Source: an uncultured Gemmatimonadales bacterium (GTDB lineage: Bacteria > Gemmatimonadota > Gemmatimonadetes > Gemmatimonadales > GWC2-71-9). Taken from it: a stretch of DNA of 64,000 bases. Where the stretch lies: contig CAWCFX010000001.1 of assembly GCA_963795085.1 (NCBI GenBank), forward strand, positions 1,120,001 to 1,184,000. Reading direction: 5' to 3'. Below the pieces are notes generated by a model, which was given only the letters and a program-made list of their open reading frames with translations, was not told the DNA's origin and ran no database searches. A program made the position numbers and the translations under genes. Below, one piece after another: positions 49,012 through 59,129 of this stretch (position 1 is its first letter; every line of letters starts with the position of its first letter).

Positions 49012-49809
49012 CTACTCCTCGTCCCATTCCCGCTGTATGGCCGGGTGCCCGTACCGGGCGCCGCCGGTGATGACCCTGAGATTAGGTAGTATCTCTACTT
49101 CCCCCGCGCTGTGCGTATGCCCACACAGGACCATGACATCCCGGCCGGGCCGCTGCGCGGCGGCCGTCCGGATGGCGTCTCCGGCCGCGCGGCTGCTGAA
49201 GTGGGGCAGCCAGTCGTTGTCGGACATCCGGCCCCGGTGCCACGCCGCCTCGGCGAAGGGGGGGACGTGGGTCAGGACGATGGTCCGCCGGAACCGCCCG
49301 AGCGCCTGGGGCAACTCGCGGGCGAAGTAGGCGGCGGCCTCGTCGCCCAGGCGGTTGAGTTGCGCCAGCCGGGGGCCCGCTTCGAGTCCTTCGAAATCGG
49401 CGATCATACGGTAGTCGTTGAGCAGGACCGGGGAGGCGGCGTAGTCGCCGAATCGCCCGTCGGCCCAGCCATCGTGGCCCACCAGGCCGGTTCCGTCCGT
49501 CAGGGAGACCAGGCCGGCGTCGGGGAGCCACCGGAGGTACTCCGACTCGCGGCAGGTCTCCCGCACGACCTCTCGCACCCCCGCGATGTCTCCCTGGTAG
49601 AAATCATGGTTGCCGAGCACGAAGTAGATGGGGCGCTCCAGCACCCGCGCCAGGACCCGGAGGTGGCTCCGCAGGTGTTTCGCCTGGCTGATATCGCCCC
49701 CCAGCAGGAACACGTCCGCGTTTGATTCCGCCAGCGTGACACAGAAGGCGGCCAGGGCAGGCGGCGCGAGGAACTCGAGGTGGATGTCCGTCGCCCAGGC
49801 GATGCGCAT
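49012..49809 (-). CDS. Metallophosphoesterase
   Basis: TDIH, GGD, LGNHD, THVPP, GHTH. Confidence 0.92.
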   Translation of the reverse strand: MRIAWATDIHLEFLAPPALAAFCVTLAESNADVFLLGGDISQAKHLRSHLRVLARVLERPIYFVLGNHDFYQGDIAGVREVVRETCRESEYLRWLPDAGLVSLTDGTGLVGHDGWADGRFGDYAASPVLLNDYRMIADFEGLEAGPRLAQLNRLGDEAAAYFARELPQALGRFRRTIVLTHVPPFAEAAWHRGRMSDNDWLPHFSSRAAGDAIRTAAAQRPGRDVMVLCGHTHSAGEVEILPNLRVITGGARYGHPAIQREWDEE

Positions 49810-49811
49810 GG

Positions 49812-51371
49812 CTACAACTTGAGGTACATGCGAAACTGCACCCGCATGACCCGCTCCTTCGCGACGATGCCGCCGCCTCCGCTGACCGGCCCTTCGATCG
49901 TCCAGCTGGCCTCGACCGGAAAGCCCGGCTGGCCCAGCGCCACCGCCGCGGGACTCATATAGGTCACCCCGCCCTGGACGGTGGCCAGCGTCCAGTCGGT
50001 GGCCTCCGCCAGCAGGGACGCCGGGGCGAGGCCGGGGACCAGGTCAGTGCCGCCGTAGGTGACCGCGTCGCGGGAACGCCGGCGGTAGCGCAGGCCGCCG
50101 GTCAGGGCCAGCGTGGATCCCAGTCTGAAGAACGGAGCGACGGCCACGTCCAGGGTGCCGCCCGGCTGGCGACGGACCCGGGCCAGCCGACTCGCGAGGG
50201 GGACCGGTTGGAAGGGTCCGGCGACCCGCTGGTCGAGGTCGGCGGCGAATCCATGCTCATATCCGGCCATCACCCGCGCCCCGATTCGGCCCCGTCCAAG
50301 ATCCACCGTCCCGGTCACCCGTGCGACGAGGTGCCCGCTCCCGGTACCCACGTCCAGGAAGTTGGCTGGCAAATCGACTTCGCCGGTCGGAAGCCGGATC
50401 GCGCCGGTGACCGCGGCGCGAAACCCGCCCGGCTCCCCGCCCCGATACCAGCGGTCCTGGACCAGCCAGGAGATCCCCGCCTCGATATCGCCCAGCAGGT
50501 TGAGGGTGGCTTCCTCCAGTGGAAACCCCTGGATGGGTCCGCCCGGCGAAGTCAGCAGATTGGTAAAGTCGTCCTGGCTCAGCGGAGCGGTCGCGAGGGC
50601 GGGGGTGGACGCAAAACCGGTGACCCCGAGTCCGCTCAGGGTCGCCTGATACGAGGAAACGGTGTCCACGATTGCCGCGCCGGTACCGCTGGTCCCGGTG
50701 GGCACGAACGGAGAAGCGGGGTCGTTGAAGGCGGCCTCGAACCCGGCCCGGAGCGCGGTGCCATCCGCCAGCGCCTGGTCGGCCTGGGCCCTCTGCTGCG
50801 GGTTGCCGTCGTACATGCCGCTGGCGATGTTCGCGGCCAGGGTGGACAGGGCCGCATCGAACTCGCCCAGGAACGCGCCGGTCTGGGCCCGGCCCGCGGG
50901 CGTTCCGAGAACCGGGTCGCCGGGATTGAGGCCGGCATCGGCACCGGTGGAGTCGAGCCGGAAGCTGAGCTGCATCCTGGTCCGGACGATCGGCACGGCG
51001 GCGAACAGCGTGAGCCGGCTGGAGAGGCCATAGGACAGCCCGATGGTCGCCGTGCCGATGTTGCGGAGCCCGTTCGCGGTGCTGCGCCCCAGGTTGAGAC
51101 GGTAGCTCGCGTTCCCGAGGATGGCGCCGAGTCCCGATTCGGCGCTACCCGGCGCGGCAAAGAACCCCGGGCCCAGCGGAATCGCGGTAAAGGATCGCGC
51201 CAGGTCTTCGGTGACGCCAGCGTTGTAGCGGGAATCCGCATTGCGGAACTCGCCGCCCAGTTCCAGCCGGAATAAGCCGCGCGGTATGGTGACGGGTGCG
51301 AGCTGTGCTCCCAGCGCCGTGGGGCAGGAGGCCAGCAGGATCAAGGCCCACCGGCGGGCACATTGCTTCAA
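49812..51371 (-). CDS. Hypothetical exported/outer-membrane protein
   Basis: Signal peptide, amphipathic beta strands, RLPTG motif. Confidence 0.65.
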   Translation of the reverse strand: MKQCARRWALILLASCPTALGAQLAPVTIPRGLFRLELGGEFRNADSRYNAGVTEDLARSFTAIPLGPGFFAAPGSAESGLGAILGNASYRLNLGRSTANGLRNIGTATIGLSYGLSSRLTLFAAVPIVRTRMQLSFRLDSTGADAGLNPGDPVLGTPAGRAQTGAFLGEFDAALSTLAANIASGMYDGNPQQRAQADQALADGTALRAGFEAAFNDPASPFVPTGTSGTGAAIVDTVSSYQATLSGLGVTGFASTPALATAPLSQDDFTNLLTSPGGPIQGFPLEEATLNLLGDIEAGISWLVQDRWYRGGEPGGFRAAVTGAIRLPTGEVDLPANFLDVGTGSGHLVARVTGTVDLGRGRIGARVMAGYEHGFAADLDQRVAGPFQPVPLASRLARVRRQPGGTLDVAVAPFFRLGSTLALTGGLRYRRRSRDAVTYGGTDLVPGLAPASLLAEATDWTLATVQGGVTYMSPAAVALGQPGFPVEASWTIEGPVSGGGGIVAKERVMRVQFRMYLKL

Positions 51372-51441
51372 TTCGCCTCCACGGGTTACTGTGCAGACCT
51401 CGGCTGGACCAAAAGTATGGCCCTCAGCGCGGTTTCCATAG

Positions 51442-52593
51442 ATGAAAGCACTCTCCGCCTCGACCCGCGAGGCCCTGGCCCTCTTTCGGTCATGCTACCA
51501 GGCCGACCCCGCGATGGCGGCTTCCGCGCCGGGACGGGTCAATCTGATCGGCGAGCACATCGATTATAACGGGGGACCGGTGCTGCCTTTCGGCCTCAAG
51601 GTCCGCACCACGGTCGCCGCCCTCCCCGGGGTAGGCTGGCGGCTGGTGTCCGCGCTGGAGCCGGCCCCGGTGGATCTGGACCCGGCAGCGCCGATGCGGA
51701 GCGCCTGGACCGATTACCTGGTAGGTGTCATCCGGGTGCTCCGGTACATGAACGCCGCACCGGCAGGAGCCTCCATTGCGGTCGCCAGCACGGTGCCGGT
51801 CGGGGCCGGGCTTTCGTCCTCGGCGGCTCTCTGCGTGGCCGCGGTGAAATGCCTGAGCCTGCTCGCCGGGCGGCGGCTCAGCCCGGCCGACATTGCCGAG
51901 GCGGCCTATCGGGCGGAGCACTACGAGGTGGGGGTCAAGGTCGGCCGGCTGGACCAGACCGCCGTCACCTTTGCCAAGGCGGGGAGCGCGCTGTTATTCG
52001 AAACCGCCACCGGCTCCATCGGGCTGGTGCCGATGCCGGCCAAGGTGTGGATCATCGAGACCGGGGTGACCCACCGCCTGGCCGGGGGCGACTACAACCA
52101 GCGGCGCCGCGAGTGCGAGGAGGCCCTGGCCATTCTCCGTGAGCACGGCTTCCCGCTGACCGCGCTTGCGGAGCTGCCTCCGGACCGGCTGGACGAGGCG
52201 ATAGCCCCGCTGCCGCCATCGCTGCAGAAGCGGGTGCGGCATGTGGTGAGCGAAACGGCCCGGACCCGCCGCGCCGCTGACGTCCTGATGCGGCGCGACC
52301 TGGCCACCTTCGGCCGGCTGCTGGTGGAAGGCCATGAATCGCTCCGGCTGGATTACCAGAGCACCGTCCCGGAGGCCGACTTCCTGGTGCATACGGCGGT
52401 GCAACTGGGCGCCTACGGGGCCCGGCTGACCGGCGGAGGCTGGGGTGGGGCGGTGATCGCCCTGCTGCCGCCGGAGAAGGAGCGGCGCATCGTGGCCGAC
52501 CTCGGCGCCGCGTTCCAGCAGGAGTACGGCCGGCTTCCGGTGACGTGGTGGTCCCGCGCCAGCGGCGGCGTCAGGCGGGAGCCGGTGGCCTGA
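51442..52593 (+). CDS. galK: Galactokinase (GHMP kinase)
   Basis: APGRVNLIGEHIDYNGG, GAGLSSSAA, YNQRRREC, GARLTGGGWGG. Confidence 0.9.
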   Translation: MKALSASTREALALFRSCYQADPAMAASAPGRVNLIGEHIDYNGGPVLPFGLKVRTTVAALPGVGWRLVSALEPAPVDLDPAAPMRSAWTDYLVGVIRVLRYMNAAPAGASIAVASTVPVGAGLSSSAALCVAAVKCLSLLAGRRLSPADIAEAAYRAEHYEVGVKVGRLDQTAVTFAKAGSALLFETATGSIGLVPMPAKVWIIETGVTHRLAGGDYNQRRRECEEALAILREHGFPLTALAELPPDRLDEAIAPLPPSLQKRVRHVVSETARTRRAADVLMRRDLATFGRLLVEGHESLRLDYQSTVPEADFLVHTAVQLGAYGARLTGGGWGGAVIALLPPEKERRIVADLGAAFQQEYGRLPVTWWSRASGGVRREPVA

Positions 52594-52612
52594 CCGGTTA
52601 CTTTCCGGGCGG

Positions 52613-52696
52613 GCCCGGGTGGCGAAACTGGCAGACGCATGGGACTTAAAATCCCAAGGCTGAAAGGCCGTGCGGGTTCGATTCCCGCCCCGGGCA
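52613..52696 (+). tRNA. tRNA-Leu(TAA)
   Basis: Acceptor GCCCGGG/CCCGGGC-A, anticodon arm TGGGA-CTTAAAA-TCCCA, long variable arm, GGTTCGATTC; CCA not encoded. Confidence 0.95.
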
Positions 52697-52813
52697 CTGG
52701 TGACGCAGCAGGCACGGCATAAAGGAGAGTGGGAACCGGGGGGTATAAGCGGGGTACCAGACACCACAGTCTCCTCGTGGTTCTGTCCCACCCCAAGATG
52801 GACCGGTGCCCTG

Positions 52814-53005
52814 TTGACCGAGAAACCCCGCAAAGTCGCATGGTTGAAGCCCGAACATCACGCCTTGTATCCCAGGATTCTGCCCGGCGTCCCCTACCGC
52901 GTCACCAAAACCGAATCCTTCGGTCTGTTTATTGACCTGGCCGGAACCTCGAGGTTTGTTTACTCCGAGCATTTTACGATCACCAGCGATCCGCTGGACG
53001 ATTGA
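52814..53005 (+). CDS. Small hypothetical protein
   Basis: TTG start (inferred); protein-like composition. Confidence 0.45.
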   Translation: MTEKPRKVAWLKPEHHALYPRILPGVPYRVTKTESFGLFIDLAGTSRFVYSEHFTITSDPLDD

Positions 53006-53021
53006 CAACGGGGAGGTCACG

Positions 53022-53471
53022 GTGCGAATCCTGGGCTTGGCTATCCTGGCAATGACCCTGGGCTGCGGCCGGGAGACCCCGGCCCGGTCTCCCGATGCCC
53101 GGTCCGATGCCGGGGTGACACCGCCGCCGCCAGCGGCCCCGGCCGAGAAACCCGACCTGATCCGACTCGACACGCCCCTCCCCAACGCGGTGGTCAGCAG
53201 CCCGCTCTCAATTCAGGGCGCGGCGCGGGGGCCCTGGTTCTTCGAGGCCTCCTTCCCGGTGTACCTGCTCAACGCCGCCGGCGATACGATCGCGGTCATT
53301 CCCGCCCAGGCCCAGGGCGAGTGGATGACCCGCGACTTTGTGCCGTTCACCGCCACCCTCATCTTCACGCCGCCGGCCTCCGCCGCGGGCACCCTGGTGC
53401 TCGCCAAGGACAATCCGTCCGGGCTCGCCGAGCACGCGGATGAGCTCCGAGTGCCCATCCGGTTCCGCTGA
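53022..53471 (+). CDS. Lipoprotein with Gmad2 immunoglobulin-like domain
   Basis: GGGAGG SD, lipobox TLGC, GAARGPWFFEASFP, WMT.DFVPF, KDNPSGL. Confidence 0.82.
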   Translation: MRILGLAILAMTLGCGRETPARSPDARSDAGVTPPPPAAPAEKPDLIRLDTPLPNAVVSSPLSIQGAARGPWFFEASFPVYLLNAAGDTIAVIPAQAQGEWMTRDFVPFTATLIFTPPASAAGTLVLAKDNPSGLAEHADELRVPIRFR

Positions 53472-53490
53472 TCCTCAACATCCCAAGGCT

Positions 53491-54627
53491 ATGATGACGC
53501 TGTTTCGCCGACGCCGCTGGCCATCCGTCCCGCTGATCGTCGCCGTCCTCGCCGGCTGCACCGACAGCAAGCCAGGCCAGAGCGATGCCGTGGTTCCCCG
53601 CTGGTCCGGCACCACCGAACTCAGCATCGCCGGTACGGAAACGGCCGGGTTCAGTTCGGTCTCCGGGGTAGCGGCGGACGCCCGGGGACGGGTGTATGTC
53701 GCCGAAGCGGAGCGGGGCACGGTGAGCGGGTTCGATTCCGGCGGCCGTTTCCTCTTCCACCTGGGCGAACCGGGCGGCTTCAAGACGCCCTGCTGCCTCG
53801 CCGTGGGACCCGGGGGGGATGTCTGGTTCCGGGAAACGGGGAACGCCCGCTATCACCGGTTCGTAGCCGGTGACAGCGGGGCCGCGCTTCGGGAAACCCG
53901 CGCCGGTGCGGCGGCGGCCGGCGCACTCCGCAGTGAACTCACCTTTGATGCGGCCGGGCGGCTGATCGACGTGGTGGTTCGCCCCGCGCTCGATGGCCAG
54001 ACTCGCATGCTCCGCTTTCACCTGGACTCGGCGGGCGGCGCGCCGGTGGCCACCGATACCATCGTGGCGCCCCCCGGTGACAGCCTGGGAGTACACCAGG
54101 TCGCGATGGGCAACAACTCCTTCGGATTCATCAGCCAGCCGTTCGGGCCCCGGCTGCTGGTCGCCCACGCGCCGGGCGGCGGCTGGGCCCGGGCGGTCTC
54201 GTCCCGCTACCTGGTGCAATGGCAGACCGCAGACGGCGGGTCCCGGCAGATCCGCCGCGACATGATCGGGCCGGCGCTCTCCGCCCGGGAACGGCGGGAG
54301 GCCGACTCCGTGCTCCAGGCCCAGGTGGCGCGGGTAGGGGAGGCCGCGGGCCGGGTGCCGTTCGGGGTGCCCGGCTCCAAGACACCGATCACCGGGCTCC
54401 TCTTCGACCAGCAGGGGCGGCTCTGGGTTCAGCTGAATGTCGGCGACGGCGAGGTGAACCGGGCGGACGTCTGGGACGCCAGCGGGCAGCGGGTGGGCAA
54501 CGCGGAGTGGCCGGCCGGGGTGGACCTGCGGCCAGGCTTCATCAGCGAACACCTGGCCTACGGCGTCACCACCGACAGCTCGGCAATCCAGCGGGTCGTG
54601 CGGGTACGGTTTCAAACCCGGCGATAG
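53491..54627 (+). CDS. Lipoprotein, 6-bladed (NHL-like) beta-propeller
   Basis: LAGC lipobox, DARGRVYVAE, DQQGRLWV. Confidence 0.75.
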   Translation: MMTLFRRRRWPSVPLIVAVLAGCTDSKPGQSDAVVPRWSGTTELSIAGTETAGFSSVSGVAADARGRVYVAEAERGTVSGFDSGGRFLFHLGEPGGFKTPCCLAVGPGGDVWFRETGNARYHRFVAGDSGAALRETRAGAAAAGALRSELTFDAAGRLIDVVVRPALDGQTRMLRFHLDSAGGAPVATDTIVAPPGDSLGVHQVAMGNNSFGFISQPFGPRLLVAHAPGGGWARAVSSRYLVQWQTADGGSRQIRRDMIGPALSARERREADSVLQAQVARVGEAAGRVPFGVPGSKTPITGLLFDQQGRLWVQLNVGDGEVNRADVWDASGQRVGNAEWPAGVDLRPGFISEHLAYGVTTDSSAIQRVVRVRFQTRR

Positions 54628-54678
54628 CCATGGGCCGCCCGGGATGAGCCATTGAGCACAGGCAATGGCTCATCGGGC

Positions 54679-55395
54679 TCATCTCACCCGCTTCACCTCG
54701 AACTCCGCGCGGCAGCCCCGGTCCACCCACAGGATTCCATCCTGCCGCCCCCAGGTGGTCCCCTCGGTGCAGGCCGTGCGGCCGAGCTGGCGCACTACCC
54801 GGGGCACATCCTGCTCGCCGATCCGGCACTCGAACCGGAGGTTGTCGGCGGACTCACAGGTCACCCAATACATCGTATTGGTGGGACGGGGGAAGCCCGC
54901 CGGCCGGATGGGAGGTGTCACCGCGAACTCGGCGCGGCATCCACGGGAGACGAACACCGAGCCTCCCAGGCGTCCCCAGGTCTGGCCCTCGGTGCAGGCC
55001 GCCGCGCTACGCTGTTTGACCAGCGTGACCGGTGCCGAGGGATCCACCGGGCATTCCGCCGGGGCGTTCCGGGTTGACTCGCAGCGCACCAGGTAGGAAG
55101 GGGCGACGGGTTTGGGTGGCTCGGGCTCTGACGGGGTGCCCGGGGTTGCCTCGAATACGCCGCGGCACCCGCCCCGGACCCAGATCCGGGTGCGCTCCGC
55201 CCCGTAGGTCCGCCCCGGGGTGCAGGGCGTGCTGCTGAGGGTGCGCACCAGCCTGACCTGACTGTTCTCGGGGATGGGGCACTCCGCATACCGGTCGCTC
55301 CGCGATTCGCAGGTAATCTCCCGGGAGGACTGGGCCTCGCCGCTGCAGGCCGGGACCAGCACAAAGAGCACGCACGCCGCCAGGAACCGAAGCAT
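54679..55395 (-). CDS. DUF3011-type repeat lipoprotein
   Basis: Three repeats of CES...C...C..G.TWG....WV..GCRAEF. Confidence 0.82.
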   Translation of the reverse strand: MLRFLAACVLFVLVPACSGEAQSSREITCESRSDRYAECPIPENSQVRLVRTLSSTPCTPGRTYGAERTRIWVRGGCRGVFEATPGTPSEPEPPKPVAPSYLVRCESTRNAPAECPVDPSAPVTLVKQRSAAACTEGQTWGRLGGSVFVSRGCRAEFAVTPPIRPAGFPRPTNTMYWVTCESADNLRFECRIGEQDVPRVVRQLGRTACTEGTTWGRQDGILWVDRGCRAEFEVKRVR

Positions 55396-55526
55396 GGAAT
55401 CCGTCCGATAGAAGTTCCTTCAATAGTTGCCGGGCCCGGCCGGGCATGGCAAGGGAGGCGGGCCGGCTTGCCACGGCCGCCGATATCGCGCACGTTTGTC
55501 GCTTCACCTTGAGCAACGAGACCCCC

Positions 55527-56333
55527 ATGGCGCTTCAGCCGATCACGCCCGGATCCCGGCTTCCCCTCGACGACGATGATGCCAAGGCCCCGAAAGAGCT
55601 GCCCGGCAGCGATGATCTGCGCCAGGAGCTGGGCGGGCTGACCGAGCGGCTCGATCTCCTCCAGCGGGCCTTTTACGCGGAGGGCAAGCGGTCCCTCCTC
55701 GTTGTGATCCAGGGGCGCGATACGTCCGGCAAGGACGGGCTGATCCGCAAGGTCTTCGGGCCGCTCGACGCGCAGGGCTGCGTGGTGACTTCGTTCAAGA
55801 AGCCATCCGATCTCGAACTGGCCCACGACTACCTCTGGCGGGTGCACCATGCGGTGCCCCAGCGGGGCGTGATCGGGGTATTCAACCGCTCCCACTACGA
55901 GGACGTGCTGATCGTCCGGGTGCGGAAACTGGTGCCCGAGTCGGTCTGGAGCCGCCGCTACAGCCACATTAATGATTTCGAGCGGATGCTGACCGATTCG
56001 GGGGTCACCGTGCTCAAGTTCTTTCTTCATATCTCGAAAAAAGAACAGAAGGAGCGGCTGGAAGAACGGTTGATCGACGCCAACAAGAACTGGAAGTTCA
56101 ATCCCGCCGACCTCGACGAGCGCGCCCTCTGGGAGGACTACACCGAAGCCTACCGCGAGATGCTGGCCCGCTGCAGCACCGAGTGGGCGCCCTGGTACCT
56201 GGTCCCCGCCGACAAGAAGGCGGCGCGGGACGTGCTGGTCGCCCGCACCGTGGTGCGGACGATCGAGAAGCTGGATCCCCAGTTCCCCCGCGCCAACCCG
56301 GAAGTGCTCAGGCTGGCGAAGGAAATCATCTAG
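55527..56333 (+). CDS. ppk2: Polyphosphate kinase 2 family
   Basis: QGRDTSGKDG, ELAHDYLWR, FNRSHYEDV, KFFLHIS, APWYLVPAD. Confidence 0.93.
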   Translation: MALQPITPGSRLPLDDDDAKAPKELPGSDDLRQELGGLTERLDLLQRAFYAEGKRSLLVVIQGRDTSGKDGLIRKVFGPLDAQGCVVTSFKKPSDLELAHDYLWRVHHAVPQRGVIGVFNRSHYEDVLIVRVRKLVPESVWSRRYSHINDFERMLTDSGVTVLKFFLHISKKEQKERLEERLIDANKNWKFNPADLDERALWEDYTEAYREMLARCSTEWAPWYLVPADKKAARDVLVARTVVRTIEKLDPQFPRANPEVLRLAKEII

Positions 56334-56351
56334 CCGGCGGGGACGCCGCCG

Positions 56352-56828
56352 CTATTCCTCCAGGATCGCGAAGGTCGTGCTGTTGCCGCTGACGAAGTGC
56401 AGGGTGCGGCTCCCCAGCTTGATGCGGATGGTGTTGGCAAGCTGGGTATCCGGGGTCGTGATGGTGAGGGCCATCAGCATGTTCTGCCCGGGAAACTGCG
56501 GCAGCCCGTTGGGGAGCTGCCAGTTCTGCCAGTCCAGCGAGTACTCCCCCCGGTCAAACCGAAATCCATCCGGCAGGTCGTCCACCAGCTCGGCCGGCAC
56601 CACGCCGGCCCCCACCTCCGCCGGCCAGGTCTGGAACTCGGTGTGAAAGGCGTAGCTGCCCAGCTTGATGGCGTGGTAGTCGGCCGCCGCCTTTCCCGCG
56701 ATCGCCTGCCGCTTCAGCTCGTGGTAGCGGGGGTAGGCGATTTTCACGAGCAGGCCGACGATGATCATCACCATCAGGATCTCGATGAACGTGTATCCGG
56801 CCCGGGCACCTCGGCGGGGCGCCTTCAT
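56352..56828 (-). CDS. Type IV pilin / pseudopilin-like protein
   Basis: Prepilin cleavage motif AG|YTFIEILMVMIIVGLL. Confidence 0.85.
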   Translation of the reverse strand: MKAPRRGARAGYTFIEILMVMIIVGLLVKIAYPRYHELKRQAIAGKAAADYHAIKLGSYAFHTEFQTWPAEVGAGVVPAELVDDLPDGFRFDRGEYSLDWQNWQLPNGLPQFPGQNMLMALTITTPDTQLANTIRIKLGSRTLHFVSGNSTTFAILEE

Positions 56829-57322
56829 GGTGCCGGCCGCAGGACGGCGACGCTGGAGCCGAGGAAGGCGTGGGGCGAGTCGGTCGAGGCGTAGCGGATG
56901 GCGGTGTCCGTGGTGGAACGGAGGGAGTACACGTTGCCGTCCAGGACATCGTACCTGATGGCGGGGAGCGGCGCGCCCGCCTCCGCGAGGGTGGCGGGCA
57001 GCCGTCCCCGGGTCCGGCGGAACTGTTCCAGCTGCTGGGCCTGCAGGTAAATCGTAAGGCGGATGCTGGCCTCCTGCTCCGCCGGGCTGGGCCCCGGGGC
57101 AAGCCGCGGCGAGAGCCAGGCGGGGGAACTGAACGCGAGGTAGAGCATGAGCAGGGTGATCACGCCCAGGCTCACCGGCCGGACCAGGCGCTGGCGGCGG
57201 AGCGCGTCCGCCTGCTCGCCGCTCAACCGCGCCTGTTCGGTCCGCCGGGTGTGCTCGTACTCCTCGATCAGCTTGTTCCGTTCAGCTTCGCTGGACGGTT
57301 CCGGAGTTGAAGGGCCTGCCAT
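56825..57322 (-). CDS. Hypothetical membrane protein, GspG-like C-terminus
   Basis: Single TM; LEQFRRTRGRLPATLAE. Confidence 0.6.
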   Translation of the reverse strand: MAGPSTPEPSSEAERNKLIEEYEHTRRTEQARLSGEQADALRRQRLVRPVSLGVITLLMLYLAFSSPAWLSPRLAPGPSPAEQEASIRLTIYLQAQQLEQFRRTRGRLPATLAEAGAPLPAIRYDVLDGNVYSLRSTTDTAIRYASTDSPHAFLGSSVAVLRPAP

Positions 57323-57382
57323 GGGCTGCCTGGAAATGGAAGTGTCGGCAATATAAGCGTCGAGGGGGCGGTTGGCCCACGG

Positions 57383-57763
57383 TCACCCGTCGGTAACCTG
57401 CTGTCCATCGAGCGCGCGCTGGACCTGGAGCGGGAAGTTGCGAATGTCCAGGGGCTTGGTGATGTACCCGTCGAAGCCGGCACGCAGCGCCCGTTCCCGG
57501 TCGCCCGACATCGCGTGGGCGGTGAGCGCCACCACCCGGAGGCCGCGGTGCGCCGAGCCGCGGATTTCCCCCAGCAGGGTGAAACCGTCCTTGTCCGGCA
57601 ACTGGATGTCCATCAGCACCAGGTCGGGCGGGGCGGCATCGAGGGTGCCCAGCAGGCCTTCGCCACTGGGGAGTCCGGTGACCTGGTGTCCCTGGAGGGT
57701 CAGCAGGGTCCGGCAGAGTTTCATGTTGTCCGGGCTATCTTCAACGACCAGGATATGAGCCAC
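57383..57763 (-). CDS. Single-domain response regulator (DivK-like)
   Basis: ILVVEDS, LMDIQLP, ALTAHAM, YITKP. Confidence 0.92.
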   Translation of the reverse strand: MAHILVVEDSPDNMKLCRTLLTLQGHQVTGLPSGEGLLGTLDAAPPDLVLMDIQLPDKDGFTLLGEIRGSAHRGLRVVALTAHAMSGDRERALRAGFDGYITKPLDIRNFPLQVQRALDGQQVTDG

Positions 57764-57783
57764 GCATCACCGGGTGAATGTTG

Positions 57784-57812
57784 TTGGCGGGGTAGCAGCC
57801 TATAGGTACAAT
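57784..57812 (+). promoter_or_regulatory. Putative sigma70 promoter for aroA-cmk
   Basis: TTGGCG-N17-TACAAT. Confidence 0.5.
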
Positions 57813-57854
57813 TCACCCACTGGGTTCGCAACTGCTTCGGGGGTCTCGTCGCCT

Positions 57855-59129
57855 ATGAAAGTGGCCGGGTGGGTCCGGGTTCCCGGGGATAAGAGCATCA
57901 CCCACCGGGCGCTCCTGCTGGCGGCCATGGCCCCGGGGCGGAGTTATCTCGGCTCACCCCTGACTTCGGCGGATGCCCGCAGTACGGCGCGGGTGCTCCG
58001 GCAGCTCGGCGCCCGCATCTCTCCCCTCGCGCCCGGCCGGACGGTGCAGGTGGCCGGCCGCGGCCGGCTGGGGCGCCCGGACCGGGTCCTCCACTGCGGC
58101 AACTCCGGCACCACCGCCCGGCTGGTCCTCGGTCTCCTCGCGGCCCACCGCTTCAGGGCCACCCTCACCGGCGATGCCTCGCTCCGCCGCCGCCCCATGC
58201 GGCGCGTCACCCTCCCCCTCGCCACCATGGGCGCCCGCTTCACGCCGGCAGAACCGGCAGGGCTGCCGCTCGAGGTGCGGGGCGGGACGCTCCAGCCGCT
58301 GCACTATGAAATGCCGGTCTCCAGTGCCCAGATCAAGAGCGCTCTCCTGCTCGCCGGCTATGCCGGACAGGTCGGGGTGACCGTGAAGGAGCCGGGAGGG
58401 CGCTCCCGCGACCACACCGAAGTGATGTTCCGGGGACTCGGCCTGTCCCTGGCGGAGCGGGACGGATGGATCGAGTACCGTCCCGGGCCCCCCATCGCGG
58501 CCTTCGCGATGCAGATTCCCGGCGATATCTCCTCGGCGGCGTTTCTCGTGGGGGCCGCGTTGCTCGCCGAGGGCGGCGAGGTGGGAATCCACCAGGTGGG
58601 GGTCAATCCGACCCGCACCGGTTTTCTCTCCGTGCTGTCCCGGATGGGGGCCGACATCGATATCCGCGAAACCGGGCTGGAGTCGGGAGAGCCAGTGGGC
58701 GAGCTCGTGGCCCGTGCCGGTGTCACCCGGGGCACCGAGGTGGGGCCCGGGGAAATTCCCGGAATCATCGACGAGATTCCCATGCTCGCGGTGGTGGCGA
58801 CCCGGGTGTCCGGGGTCACCCGGTTCAGGGAAGCCGGCGAACTCCGGGTGAAGGAGAGCGACCGGCTCGGCCTGCTCGCCGCCAACATCCGGGCGGTCGG
58901 CGGCCACGCGGCGGTCGAAGGCAACGACCTGGTCATCGAAGGCTCGGACCGCCCGCCCAGGGGGCGGGTGACCACGGAGGGAGATCACCGGCTGGCCATG
59001 GCGTTTGCCGTACTGGGAACCGTGTCCGGCGCGACGGTGAAGGTCGACGACATGGACTGCGCCGGCGTGAGCTTTCCCGGGTTCCGCGAGTCGCTCCGGT
59101 CGATCCGGGTGAAGGGCGCCCGTGGCTAG
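57855..59129 (+). CDS. aroA: EPSP synthase
   Basis: PGDKSITHR, CGNSGTTAR, SAQIKS, RDHTE, RVKESDR, GDHRLAM. Confidence 0.96.
   Translation: MKVAGWVRVPGDKSITHRALLLAAMAPGRSYLGSPLTSADARSTARVLRQLGARISPLAPGRTVQVAGRGRLGRPDRVLHCGNSGTTARLVLGLLAAHRFRATLTGDASLRRRPMRRVTLPLATMGARFTPAEPAGLPLEVRGGTLQPLHYEMPVSSAQIKSALLLAGYAGQVGVTVKEPGGRSRDHTEVMFRGLGLSLAERDGWIEYRPGPPIAAFAMQIPGDISSAAFLVGAALLAEGGEVGIHQVGVNPTRTGFLSVLSRMGADIDIRETGLESGEPVGELVARAGVTRGTEVGPGEIPGIIDEIPMLAVVATRVSGVTRFREAGELRVKESDRLGLLAANIRAVGGHAAVEGNDLVIEGSDRPPRGRVTTEGDHRLAMAFAVLGTVSGATVKVDDMDCAGVSFPGFRESLRSIRVKGARG

Noticed and set aside
52697..57400. Prophage or integrative island at tRNA-Leu
   Set aside because: No integrase and no repeated tRNA 3' end were seen.
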